This document shows, piece by piece, positions 1 to 8,843 of a stretch of DNA of 64,000 bases. The number at the start of each line of letters is the position of its first letter. The first letter of the stretch is position 1. The notes under the pieces were generated by a model. The model was not told the DNA's origin. It saw nothing but the letters and a program-made list of their open reading frames with translations, and made no database searches. The stretch spans positions 2,176,001-2,240,000 of the forward strand of contig CAWJET010000001.1 in assembly GCA_963842085.1 (NCBI GenBank). The letters are read 5' to 3'. A program made the position numbers and the translations under genes. The DNA comes from an uncultured delta proteobacterium (GTDB lineage: Bacteria; Desulfobacterota; Binatia; Binatales; Binataceae).

Positions 1-412
1 CCACCTGATGCAGCGGTTGTTCGACGCCGGCGCGCGCGACGTGACGCTCACGCCCACGATGATGAAGAAAAGCCGCCCGGCGGTGACGCTGGGCGTGATC
101 GCCGGGGCCGCGCATCGCGACGCGCTCGCGGAGATTATTTTTGCGGAGACTTCGACGATCGGTCTGAGGTTTCACCGAGTCGAGCGGCTGAAATTGCGTC
201 GCGAGATTCACCAGGTCGAGACGCGATGGGGCAAAGTCCGCGTCAAGATAGCGGGCGCACACGGCCGAGAGCCGACGACGATTTCGCCGGAATACGATGA
301 CTGCCGGCGAATCGCCGCGCAGCACAACGTGGCGCTGCGCGTCGTGATGGAGGAAGCGCGGGCCGCCGCACGAGCGCTCGCGTCTGCGCCTTCCCACGAA
401 AGCAAAAAATGA
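1..412 (+). CDS. larC: Nickel pincer cofactor biosynthesis protein LarC, C-terminal part (5' end outside window)
   Basis: Motifs MKKSRP, ETSTIGLR, T-WG-VRVK and PEYDDC are typical of the LarC C-terminus; overlaps the queE start (ATGA). Confidence 0.9.
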   Translation, partial: HLMQRLFDAGARDVTLTPTMMKKSRPAVTLGVIAGAAHRDALAEIIFAETSTIGLRFHRVERLKLRREIHQVETRWGKVRVKIAGAHGREPTTISPEYDDCRRIAAQHNVALRVVMEEARAAARALASAPSHESKK

Positions 413-1062
413 TTTCCGAACGCCTGCACATCAACGAAATCTTTTACAGCATCCAGGGCGAATCCACGCACGCGGGCCGTCCATGCGTGTTCGTGCGACT
501 CACCGGATGCAACCTGCGATGCAAATGGTGCGACACCGAGTACGCATTCTACGAAGGCCGGCGGATGCCGATAGCCGAGGTCGCCGAAATAATCCGCGGC
601 TACCGCTGCGACCTGGTCGAAGTGACCGGCGGCGAACCGCTGCTGCAGGAAGGCGTGTATCCGCTGGCGGACGCGATGCTCGAATCGGGTAAGACCGTGA
701 TGATCGAAACGTCAGGATCGATTGACCTAAGCAAGCTCGACCCGCGCGTCATCAAGATCATGGACCTCAAATGTCCGGGCAGCGGCGAATGCGAACGAAA
801 TCTCTGGAGCAACCTCGAGCATCTGACGAAGCGCGACGAGATCAAATTCGTAATCGCCGATCGTGCGGACTACGAATGGGCCCGCGACGCGATCGTTGCG
901 CGCGCACTCGCCCGGCGCGCGGGTGCGTTACTGCTGAGTCCCGTGTTCGGACAGCTGGAGCCGGCGACGCTGGCGGCGTGGATGCTCGAGGATCGATTGC
1001 CGGCGCGGCTGCAACTGCAGATGCATAAGCAGATCTGGCCGGGTATTTCGCGCGGCGTGTGA
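409..1062 (+). CDS. queE: 7-carboxy-7-deazaguanine synthase, radical SAM
   Basis: EIFYSIQGE, GCNLRCKWCDT (CxxxCxxC), TGGEPLLQ, LQMHK. Confidence 0.93.
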   Translation: MISERLHINEIFYSIQGESTHAGRPCVFVRLTGCNLRCKWCDTEYAFYEGRRMPIAEVAEIIRGYRCDLVEVTGGEPLLQEGVYPLADAMLESGKTVMIETSGSIDLSKLDPRVIKIMDLKCPGSGECERNLWSNLEHLTKRDEIKFVIADRADYEWARDAIVARALARRAGALLLSPVFGQLEPATLAAWMLEDRLPARLQLQMHKQIWPGISRGV

Positions 1063-1105
1063 TTGCGCGCTGGCAGAGGCAGAATCCTGAATCGCGCGCG
1101 AAACA

Positions 1106-1234
1106 CCCTCACCCGCGCCTGCGGCGCGACCTCTCCCGCAACTAAGCGGGCGAGGCGGGTAATCAGTGGCGCTGAACGCGACACCCTAACTTGACCCTCA
1201 CCTGTCTCCTCTCCCTGGCGGGGAGAGGAGACAG
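1106..1234. repeat. Two REP-like hairpins (CCCTCACC...CCTCTCCC-loop-GGGAGAGG family) between convergent genes; possible terminator
   Basis: Perfect 14-bp stem CTGTCTCCTCTCCC/GGGAGAGGAGACAG at 1202-1234; related hairpin at 1106-1158; similar copies at 49114-49258. Confidence 0.7.
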
Positions 1235-1243
1235 ACCTTCCGG

Positions 1244-2245
1244 TTAACGCGCCGGGGCCGCGGAATGCTGGCGCACGGGATCGCCCGACAGCAACTGCTG
1301 CGCTTTTCGCAGCGCCGCCTCCGTCTCGCGCAGCAAGTCGGCGAACACTTCCGCGGCCGGCTTGATCTCGTGGATCAGTCCCGCGCCCTGTCCGGTCGGC
1401 ATGAAGGTGCGATTGGGATCGACGTCGTGGCCGCCGCGTCCGGTGTAGTTCATCACCCCGTTGCGCTGCGAAGTCTGCGCCTGCAGCGGGAACGGCTGAA
1501 TTTTCGACGGGTCCTTCTCCCACTCGAGCGCATAATCGGTACGGATGACGCGACAGGTCTTGCCGGTGTACGCGCGCGTGCGCATGGTTGAATCCTCGTG
1601 CGCCTTCAAGATCGCCTGGCGATAGCCATCCGCCGCCTGGGCCTCGGGCGTCGCGATAAAGCGCGTGCCGATCACAACGCCCTGCGCGCCGACCGTCAGC
1701 GCCGCCGCGATCTGCCGTCCGTCCGCGATTCCGCCCGCGGCCAGCACCGGCAGCTTCACCGCGTCGATCATCTGCGGCACCAGCGAGAGCATCCCGATCT
1801 CGCCGGTATGCCCGCCCGCCTCGGTGCCCTGGGCGACGACCACGTCGGCGCCGGCATCCTGCGACTTGACGCCGTGATGCACCTTGCCGCACATAACTAC
1901 GATCTTCATTCCGTTGTCGTGCATCACCTTGACGAATTCCTGCGGTACCGAGAGTCCGGCGACGAACACTTTGACCTTTTCCGCGATCATCACGGGCACG
2001 TGCGGGCGCATCATGTCGGGAATCGGCGCGAGCATATCGACGGCGAACGGCTGGTCGGTCAGCTCGCGGGTCTTGCGGATTTCGGCGCGCAGATCGTCGG
2101 GGCTGAGCGACGCGGCGCCGATGACACCGAGGCCGCCCGCGTTGGACACCGCGGCGACGAGCTTGTGCATCGCGACCCCACCCATCCCGGCGAGCAGAAT
2201 CGGATACTTGATTCCAAAGTAATCGCAAATCGGCGTATGCAGCAT
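1244..2245 (-). CDS. Nitronate monooxygenase / FabK-like FMN-dependent oxidoreductase
   Basis: PILLAGMG, AVSNAGGLG, QGTEAGGH, AAGGIADGR, GTRF motifs. Confidence 0.88.
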   Translation of the reverse strand: MLHTPICDYFGIKYPILLAGMGGVAMHKLVAAVSNAGGLGVIGAASLSPDDLRAEIRKTRELTDQPFAVDMLAPIPDMMRPHVPVMIAEKVKVFVAGLSVPQEFVKVMHDNGMKIVVMCGKVHHGVKSQDAGADVVVAQGTEAGGHTGEIGMLSLVPQMIDAVKLPVLAAGGIADGRQIAAALTVGAQGVVIGTRFIATPEAQAADGYRQAILKAHEDSTMRTRAYTGKTCRVIRTDYALEWEKDPSKIQPFPLQAQTSQRNGVMNYTGRGGHDVDPNRTFMPTGQGAGLIHEIKPAAEVFADLLRETEAALRKAQQLLSGDPVRQHSAAPAR

Positions 2246-2377
2246 CGAAAGGTTCTCCAGTGGTGAGCCGCCTGTGCGACTGGCTCCTCAGGACTTCTTT
2301 AGTCCGGCTGGTGCGGCGCGATCAAGCGCGTCGTCTGTGGCTCCGCATTCCCACGTGATGCATAATCGCGTTCGCGC

Positions 2378-2469
2378 GGAGAGGTGGCCGAGCCCGGTTT
2401 AAGGCGCACGCCTGGAACGCGTGTAGACTCGAAAGGGTCTCGGGGGTTCGAATCCCCCCCTCTCCGCCA
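2378..2469 (+). tRNA. tRNA-Ser(GGA)
   Basis: GGAGAGG acceptor stem pairs with CCTCTCC-G-CCA; anticodon arm CACGC-CTGGAAC-GCGTG; long variable arm; GGTTCGAATCC T-loop. Confidence 0.97.
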
Positions 2470-2701
2470 CACAGTCTGGCATGTTTCCCTACAATCTAGA
2501 GATGACGGCAAATCCGCGCGTGTCGTGGTGCTTTTTGTGTCCGATGCGAACTGGAGAAGGCAATCTCCCGGCAGATTGGCCGAATTCCTCGGTGATTGTC
2601 TCCAGGCGCAGAAAAGTCGGTTCGCTTCACGGTTCCCGAGCTTGGGCGGCCCGGCGTGAATCACGGGCATGGCCTCCATCAACCTTGGCAGAACGCGTAC
2701 G

Positions 2702-2905
2702 TCAAGGAGTGAGCGAAGCCAGGTCGTTGAGCGAGCCCAGCACTCGGCGGTTCGCGGTCGCGCCGATCGTAAACGACTCCATCTCTCGCACTTCCCGACC
2801 CACCATATCCGGCCCTGCTCCGATGCCTTGCAGCACCGACCGAGCGGCATCTCGAAAACGCGGACTGAGGGAAGACGCGCCTCTGGCTTCAACAATCATG
2901 GACAA
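2702..2905 (-). pseudogene. Fragment resembling a DUF6933-type protein
   Basis: Short ORF with TANRRVLGSLND motif; appears truncated. Confidence 0.35.
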
Positions 2906-2938
2906 CGGGATAATCGGCTCACCAAGCGGCCTGCCCTA

Positions 2939-3277
2939 TCAAAGATGGAAGAAGAGATTCAGACCCTCACTAGGTTCCGGGTAGTAGTAGCCCGGCTCCG
3001 GCGGATAGTAGGCGTAGGGCTCAGGCGCTACGTAGTAGTCGGGTCCGGGTGTGTAATAGTAGTTCGGCCCCCACCCCCAGTAATGGCCTCTCCAACCTCC
3101 GTGATATCCGCCGCCGTGATAAGCGCGGTGCCCACCGCCGCCGTGATGGCGGGCGGCCCACGCCGACCCAACAGGGAAAGTGCAAAGCAGGCCGCCGAAC
3201 GCGAGCGCCGTCGCGATCTTGCCGAATCTCGTGAACAGGGAGCGCGAGTCGTTACTATGTGTAGTCGAGGTTCTCAT
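2939..3277 (-). CDS. Small secreted Gly/Tyr/Pro-rich protein
   Basis: Signal-like hydrophobic N-region ending AWA, low-complexity GGYHGG and PxYYYP repeats, GGAG RBS. Confidence 0.7.
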   Translation of the reverse strand: MRTSTTHSNDSRSLFTRFGKIATALAFGGLLCTFPVGSAWAARHHGGGGHRAYHGGGYHGGWRGHYWGWGPNYYYTPGPDYYVAPEPYAYYPPEPGYYYPEPSEGLNLFFHL

Positions 3278-3312
3278 GGTGACTCTCCATCGCCAGTGCG
3301 ACTCTAGGTTAA

Positions 3313-3840
3313 TTAGCTCTCTTTGCTAGCTACTTTTTTTGCCTCGGTGCGCGCGCGGCTGCGGAACATTGAGTCGGCAGTCTTTTTCTGGGCGTCCGAC
3401 ATGCTGTTGTAGAGATCCTCGAACGCCGGAATGAATTTCTTCACTCCATCTTCATGGGCCTGGATCACTTCCGAGTAGGACTTGACGACGGCAACTGCGT
3501 TCATCGACTTCGTGTCAGCGGCCCGTTGTTTTTGCAGGTCCACCATCGCCCGCGCATTATCGCGCATCACCTGGGCAAGGTTGTCCCATTGAGTCTTCTG
3601 GGCATCGGTGATGTGGAGCCTTCGGTGCAGTTCCTTGATACGTGCCTCGACCGGAGAGTTTGCGGGTGATTCGGGCGCGGTCGCCGCCATCGCTTGTTGC
3701 GAAGAGGCCGCAGGTGACTTGGCCACGGCCGTCTGATCGCTGGAGGCTGCGAACAAAGGAGTAGCAAAAACGATAGCAGCTAGAAGAGTCGCCACTGCTG
3801 CGCTAGTTGCGCGCGCAGTTGGACGCGTGATCTGGATCAT
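3313..3840 (-). CDS. Spy/CpxP family (LTXXQ motif) periplasmic chaperone
   Basis: Signal peptide; two LTxxQ-like motifs (ITDAQ, MSDAQ); GGAGG RBS. Confidence 0.82.
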   Translation of the reverse strand: MIQITRPTARATSAAVATLLAAIVFATPLFAASSDQTAVAKSPAASSQQAMAATAPESPANSPVEARIKELHRRLHITDAQKTQWDNLAQVMRDNARAMVDLQKQRAADTKSMNAVAVVKSYSEVIQAHEDGVKKFIPAFEDLYNSMSDAQKKTADSMFRSRARTEAKKVASKES

Positions 3841-3870
3841 GATCGGTACCTCCATAAAATTCTAATGAAA

Positions 3871-3886
3871 TGCAATTTCGAGACCT
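3871..3886 (-). promoter_or_regulatory. Putative sigma-54 -24/-12 promoter for the Spy-like gene
   Basis: Minus strand AGGTCTCGAAATTGCA = GG-N10-GC, 30 bp upstream of ATG. Confidence 0.55.
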
Positions 3887-4091
3887 AAGCCGGGTTTCCC
3901 TGATACTGACAAGAATTCCGACAGAATTCGCGCACATAAACGCCCTGGAGCACGCCCCTGAGTGTGAGAGATCCAGAATCCCAGCGAAAAAAACATTTTG
4001 GCCATGGCCGTCTTTCCTCTGCAGGGATTTTTAAGAGCATTTTTTTATGCCTGAACGAACCACACGGATTTCGGGATGACCTGCGCCGCAG

Positions 4092-4112
4092 GACCTGTAA
4101 AATTTACAGCTT
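4092..4112. promoter_or_regulatory. Palindromic motif CTGTAAAATTTACAG (candidate activator site)
   Basis: 20/21 identical copy at 10575-10595; degenerate copy at 12558-12572. Confidence 0.5.
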
Positions 4113-4134
4113 GCCGAAAAGTCCGCGATCTTTC

Positions 4135-4261
4135 CTAGCAGGTTGCGGAAAAAGGGTTTTTGACTCCTGATGACATTGATCCAAGACGCATTCTCGTGAT
4201 CGTAGTAATGCTTACTCTTCGCCGAAATCGTCTTTCATTGAGTTTTTCCGCAGCCTGCTAG
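4135..4261. mobile_element. MITE-like element (119 bp) with terminal inverted repeats and CTAG flanks
   Basis: CTAG-CAGGTTGCGGAAAAA ... TTTTTCCGCAGCCTG-CTAG; 14/15 TIR match; no ORF. Confidence 0.75.
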
Positions 4262-4413
4262 AGCTGGGTTGAAAAGCCGGTGCCCGGCCCAGTCGTCGAC
4301 CAGAGTTAGACCGCGGCATCCGTCGAAAACTAACTTGAGGCAAAAACTTGCTCGATCCGGGTTGACGAGTAAACATGGTCACTTTGCCTCCTCAGCGCAA
4401 TATCCCGGAGCTG

Positions 4414-4845
4414 CTATCGCCAGGTCAGCTTATTCTTGACACCGATCACACCTTGAGTGTTGTATGCGATCAATGCAGCCCGTCTGGCGGCATCTGCTGA
4501 CGCCACCACTCCACTCAACTCGACAGTGCCGTGGTCGCAATCAACCACGACCGGGTATCCATCTGAAATACCGTTCTTTGCCAGCGAATTCTTTACCTCG
4601 GTAATCAGCAAGACGTCGTTCGCGCGCTCGGCCGGAGAATTGTAGATGTGCTCGGCTGACGTTTGCACCTCGTCATGCTCAACCGTGAGCGAACGATCGG
4701 TTGTTGCCGCGTGACCGTTGGTCGGCACGCCGCGCGGAGGAGCGGAAATCTCCTGTTGCGCGTGTGCGTTCGCGACAAACAGCGAAACGCTAGCAACACC
4801 ACAAACGAAGATCGCACTGACCAATCTGATTCTGATGACGTTCAT
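4414..4845 (-). CDS. BON domain protein
   Basis: Signal peptide; D-LITEVKNSL...GTVELSG...GVIGVKNKL BON pattern. Confidence 0.8.
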   Translation of the reverse strand: MNVIRIRLVSAIFVCGVASVSLFVANAHAQQEISAPPRGVPTNGHAATTDRSLTVEHDEVQTSAEHIYNSPAERANDVLLITEVKNSLAKNGISDGYPVVVDCDHGTVELSGVVASADAARRAALIAYNTQGVIGVKNKLTWR

Positions 4846-4909
4846 CGACTTATCGCCTGAGGCACGGAGAGACAGTAAAGATCTCTCCGTGCCCATGCTC
4901 AAATAGCAG

Positions 4910-5308
4910 TTAGTTGCTGTCCTGGTAAGTCTTCTTCTCATAGGTCGTGGTAGTCTGTTCCTGTGCAGGCGGCACGGGAACCATCGTCATCGGAGTCACA
5001 GTCGAAGACTGGCTGTGATACGCACTCGAGCTTTCCTCGGTTGTGTCGTTTCCCGTGTCGGTTGAGTTGGAGTTGCTCTTTTCCTCAGTGGTCGTGACCG
5101 TCGTCGGCGGCAACGCTACCATTGGAGCCGGCTGCTGTATGATAACCGGCGGCGACGAATGTACGATAATCGGCGGCGGCGAAGTCGGTACGTAGGTTGT
5201 CGTCGAAGAGATCTCTTTGACGGGTTGAGTCGACGAACCGCATCCACTGACAAAAGGCATTACCGCCAGAGTCAGCAGCGAAATTGCCATCATTGTTGCA
5301 TTCTTCAT
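4910..5308 (-). CDS. Ser/Thr/Pro-rich lipoprotein
   Basis: Lipobox VSGC after a hydrophobic stretch; GGAGG RBS. Confidence 0.7.
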   Translation of the reverse strand: MKNATMMAISLLTLAVMPFVSGCGSSTQPVKEISSTTTYVPTSPPPIIVHSSPPVIIQQPAPMVALPPTTVTTTEEKSNSNSTDTGNDTTEESSSAYHSQSSTVTPMTMVPVPPAQEQTTTTYEKKTYQDSN

Positions 5309-5544
5309 TACGCGAAACCTCCTTGATTTGGGCGTTCAGAACCCGGCTTATACTCATCGGAAGATCCAGCTAGTTTCACTTCCACTCGGCCAGTTTCGGA
5401 TCTTCCCTTGAGCCACATTGCTACCGATACCATGTCAGCGTCGTCGCTCCATGGTGTATCTATCCAGCCTGCGCGTGTCATAATCGCCCAGCGATGGTGT
5501 AGCTGGTCCCGCCGGACGATTGCAGTTGTCGTTGAGAGTTCCAT
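5308..5544 (-). CDS. Hypothetical protein
   Basis: AAGGA RBS; stop overlaps the next start (TAATG). Confidence 0.45.
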   Translation of the reverse strand: MELSTTTAIVRRDQLHHRWAIMTRAGWIDTPWSDDADMVSVAMWLKGRSETGRVEVKLAGSSDEYKPGSERPNQGGFA

Positions 5545-5579
5545 TATACGTGGCGTCCTTTCATGTCTCCTTTTAGTAG

Positions 5580-5873
5580 TTACTCAATCGAAATCCTCCA
5601 GGGTATTTCGTTGTTAGCAAATTGGAAGTCAGCGATGCTATCGGCGAGAAAGACTGCGTGTTCCGCTTCGGTCCATGAATCCGCGGTCCCGGGTATGGTT
5701 ATGACTCCGTGATAGGTATGCACTTTGATAACGCTTCGCCTGACCATCTGGGAGCTAGGCGCGGCAACTGGAGATTGACTGGATGCGGAATGATTCAGGC
5801 AAAACGCCGAACCGGCGATGAGCAAGCCGGCGAAAGCCATAGCCGATAAGGTCATCTTTATGCTGCGTTTCAT
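5580..5873 (-). CDS. Degenerate BON-like secreted protein
   Basis: Signal peptide; IKVHTYHGVITIPG...NNEI resembles the BON C-half; GAGGAG RBS. Confidence 0.55.
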   Translation of the reverse strand: MKRSIKMTLSAMAFAGLLIAGSAFCLNHSASSQSPVAAPSSQMVRRSVIKVHTYHGVITIPGTADSWTEAEHAVFLADSIADFQFANNEIPWRISIE

Positions 5874-6170
5874 ACAGGAACTCCTCGATATACGTGGAGA
5901 AGCAGGAAGCGCGCCAATCCATCCAAGCGGCTTAGTCACGACTAAATCTCTATCATTGCAAGAAAAGTCCACCCGACAGTCTGCATTTCTTACCGAGTTC
6001 GAGAGGCCCGCAGGGTTTCAACGCGCGAAATAAGCGTCCGTGGATCGCAAACTGGCTATTGGAAAAGGAGGTTTTACAAATAGCCAGTTGCATCGCCGAA
6101 GCGCAGACGCCTGAATAGCATCTTCCTCATTCGCCTGGATCGAAAGTACGAAGGAGGTAATGTCTGCTTC

Positions 6171-6800
6171 TTACTCGCGATGTTCTGGCGGGCGCTCAGG
6201 CAAGCGCTGCCGTTGTAGTACATAAACGCGCGAGGCGCGAGCAGCGTGCGACAACTCAGCGGCGAACCACTCGCCGGTCTCGGCGAGCAGCGACGAATCA
6301 CATACGATGTGATCAAAATTGTCGTTGGATTCAAGGAGCTTCAATCCGTCGGCGGAGGATTCGGCCACGACTACCGCGCATCCGCTATGCTCGAGACATT
6401 CCTTGATCGCGCTGTTTTCGACCGACGAGTCGGTAATCAATAGTGCGGTCGGCGGCCCTGGCTCGGAACCCATCGCGGGATTATCCGTCCCCGGAGCATT
6501 AGACTTCCTTTTAGTGCGACCTGGCCGCATCGACGCGACCAATTCCTCCGCGCGCGCATATTCCTCCAAACGCTGAACGCGCTGAGACGCCTTCTCGACG
6601 AGTCCGGCCAAGCGAACCATTTCGGCCTCGTATGCCGACGCCGCGAGCTGATGGTGCAAGAGTGAGACGCGCAGGCCGATCGCGTTGAGCAAGTCGTTGA
6701 GCTCGCTGGCGGCGTTTTGTGCTACCTGGACAATGGGATGGGGTTTCCGCGATTGCGTCTTGCCAGAAACCGATACCGCGATTGCCGAGCGATCAACCAT
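6171..6800 (-). CDS. Degenerate HisKA-like plus receiver-like protein
   Basis: AASELNDLL resembles an H-box lacking His; REC-like segment with IVCD. Confidence 0.5.
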   Translation of the reverse strand: MVDRSAIAVSVSGKTQSRKPHPIVQVAQNAASELNDLLNAIGLRVSLLHHQLAASAYEAEMVRLAGLVEKASQRVQRLEEYARAEELVASMRPGRTKRKSNAPGTDNPAMGSEPGPPTALLITDSSVENSAIKECLEHSGCAVVVAESSADGLKLLESNDNFDHIVCDSSLLAETGEWFAAELSHAARASRVYVLQRQRLPERPPEHRE

Positions 6801-6914
6801 TCAACCGGACCGCATCCTCTACTTTGCAACGCGGGCGAGCAAGGAGCCGCCGCCAGACTCGCGGCCTCGTCACGAGAAATGGCGACGACTCTGATATGCA
6901 AGCCCGTGTTTCAG

Positions 6915-7337
6915 TTAGTCGGTGCTCACTGAGCTAACCACCAGAATCTGGTTGTTCACACTCTTGACGCCGTTGGTTTGTTCCGCCAGCTGCGCGGCGT
7001 GTTCCGCCATCTGGGGTGAAGGCACATTGCCCTTCAGAGTGACGATCCCGGCCGTGGTGGTGACGTGTATTCCGGAGGAACCGACATTTTTGTCACGCGC
7101 CAGCGCGGTCTTCACCTCAGCGGTGATGGTCGTGTCTTTAACCGCACGCTCGGTTCCGTGATACGCGTCCTTCGCGGCCGCTGCCGTCTCGGAACCGGCC
7201 TGCTCGACCTCCTCACCAGCCTGATGCATCTGCTGGCTGGCGGGCGCATTGTTGTCCTGAGCGAAACAGGGAACCGACAAGACCATGCTGAATAGAATTG
7301 CCGGTACGATTAGTTTGAATGAGTATTCGGTTTTCAT
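6915..7337 (-). CDS. OsmY-like BON domain protein
   Basis: Signal peptide; DTTITAEVKTAL...GIVTLKG...GVKSVNNQI. Confidence 0.88.
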   Translation of the reverse strand: MKTEYSFKLIVPAILFSMVLSVPCFAQDNNAPASQQMHQAGEEVEQAGSETAAAAKDAYHGTERAVKDTTITAEVKTALARDKNVGSSGIHVTTTAGIVTLKGNVPSPQMAEHAAQLAEQTNGVKSVNNQILVVSSVSTD

Positions 7338-7400
7338 AATCCTCTCCGTGTGCGGGATGCGAGTGCGTCAGCAGTTTGCCGCGCCTCTCGGCCGAGAAAT

Positions 7401-7592
7401 TTAGATGCCCTCTGACCTAAGCCACCCCTTGATCGCCTCGCGTTGATCGCCCGAACGTTCCTGAATCCTTCCGACCAGCATTTCCATGTTGCCGTGAGCC
7501 TGCATCAGATCGTCGTCGGTGATCTGTCCCCATTTTCGCTTGATTTTGCCGGCCAACTGTTTGAGCTTGCCCGTCATCTGATCGCGATTCAT
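7401..7592 (-). CDS. csbD: CsbD family stress protein
   Basis: MNxDQxxGK...KWGQITDDDL...LVGRIQER. Confidence 0.88.
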   Translation of the reverse strand: MNRDQMTGKLKQLAGKIKRKWGQITDDDLMQAHGNMEMLVGRIQERSGDQREAIKGWLRSEGI

Positions 7593-7824
7593 GCGGATTG
7601 CTCCTCTTTGGTTGATCTGGTCTCACGAACCGACGCCGTGACTCCCAATCAAGCGGAGCAAGTATAGGGCCACGTCCCTGAACCTTTGTCCTGCAAGGCT
7701 TTTCCATGAATCGCCGGGGGAAATTTCTTCACGATTCCGAACACTCGTGTAACTTCCTTGATCGCCGGAAAATTGGAGAACAAAGGCGAGGTTGAGACGG
7801 GAACGGCCGTCGTCCGCGGGCGCG

Positions 7825-8580
7825 CTAAGGTGTGGACGGAATAGCGGAGTCGGCGAGTTTGGGGAGCGGTTCGAGCAGGGTTGAGGCTTTGGTGGCGAGA
7901 CTCATCGCGGCGACGCTGTCGCGCTCGGTGAGAGCCTCCTTGGCTTCCTGCAACAGCCGCTGGGCGAGAATATCGCGTTGAGAATAGTCGCTGCTCAAAT
8001 TATTGCGGTCGACTCGTTTTTCGATTCTGTCGATGTCCTCGATCATTTTCGCCGCCTTGGCGGGATTGGCGTCGCCCGGCGCCCCGGATGCTTCCGACGC
8101 CGGCGGACTCAGCGTCGGTGTTCCCGCTTCAGGCGCGATGCTCGCGGCTGACGCCGCCGCTGCCGGAGTTGCGCGAGCGCCGGCTGGCGTTGCGCCCGGA
8201 TTGTTCTCCAGACTCACGTCGGGGTTCGCGCCGGAGGTCTTGACCTGGTTGGACGTATTGGGCGGCTGCTTCGACGTAGTCGCGGCTCGCCTGCCAGTTT
8301 TCCTGCTCTCGTGTTCCTTGTTGATTTCTTCCGCCTCCGGAGTTGCCGAAGGAGGCGCAACTGTCGGCGGAGTCGGAGTAGCGGTCGGCGTCGGAGATTG
8401 GGCAGGCGATGATCTGGTAAAGAAATTCGTGATTTGCGCCATGCTCGGCGTGCCGCCAGAGCATCCGGCCAGAAACATCAATAGGAACGAAAGTGCGACG
8501 AGGATCGGCAGAATGAGCGGCCGATTGATTCGCTCAGGCAGCGCTGGGAACCGCTGATTTGGCAGGCGCATTGGCTGCAA
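7825..8580 (-). CDS. Pro/Ala-rich lipoprotein with helical C-terminus
   Basis: Lipobox LAGC; long low-complexity linker; amphipathic helical C-terminus. Confidence 0.65.
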   Translation of the reverse strand: MQPMRLPNQRFPALPERINRPLILPILVALSFLLMFLAGCSGGTPSMAQITNFFTRSSPAQSPTPTATPTPPTVAPPSATPEAEEINKEHESRKTGRRAATTSKQPPNTSNQVKTSGANPDVSLENNPGATPAGARATPAAAASAASIAPEAGTPTLSPPASEASGAPGDANPAKAAKMIEDIDRIEKRVDRNNLSSDYSQRDILAQRLLQEAKEALTERDSVAAMSLATKASTLLEPLPKLADSAIPSTP

Positions 8581-8800
8581 TCGGAATCGTAACCTTGCAC
8601 ACCGTACCTTGACCCAATTCCGACTCGATCGCTATCTTCCCGCCGTTTAGTTCGATCGCCCGCATCGCGAACGGCAGGCCGAGCCCACTCCCGCCGGCTT
8701 TGGTGGTGAAATACAAGTCGAAGATCCGGTCCAGCTGCTCCTTGCTCATGCCCGGACCGCGGTCGGCGATTGTGACTTCGACTTCTCGGCCAGCGTGCTC
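8534..8800 (-). pseudogene. Histidine kinase HATPase_c C-terminal remnant
   Basis: VEVTIADRGPGM (G1), IFDLYFTTK (F), GSGLGL (G2) boxes; no upstream HisKA or N-box in frame. Confidence 0.8.
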
Positions 8801-8843
8801 AACTCACCGGTCCCCGGCTCACAGGAGGGCGCTTCCTTGTACA

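Noticed and set aside
870-2228. 452-aa ORF on the minus strand
   Set aside because: Alternate-frame shadow of the NMO gene; Arg-rich with no motifs, typical of high-GC DNA
2299-2895. ORFs overlapping the tRNA
   Set aside because: They are translations of the tRNA-Ser sequence and its flank
2470-2940. Integrase expected next to the tRNA
   Set aside because: No tyrosine or serine recombinase motifs were found here or elsewhere in the window
5957-7706. Sigma-54-like motifs TGGACTTTTCTTGCA (5957-5971) and TGGAAAAGCCTTGCA (7692-7706), minus strand
   Set aside because: GG-GC spacing is 9 rather than the required 10, so not called, although both lie upstream of stress genes
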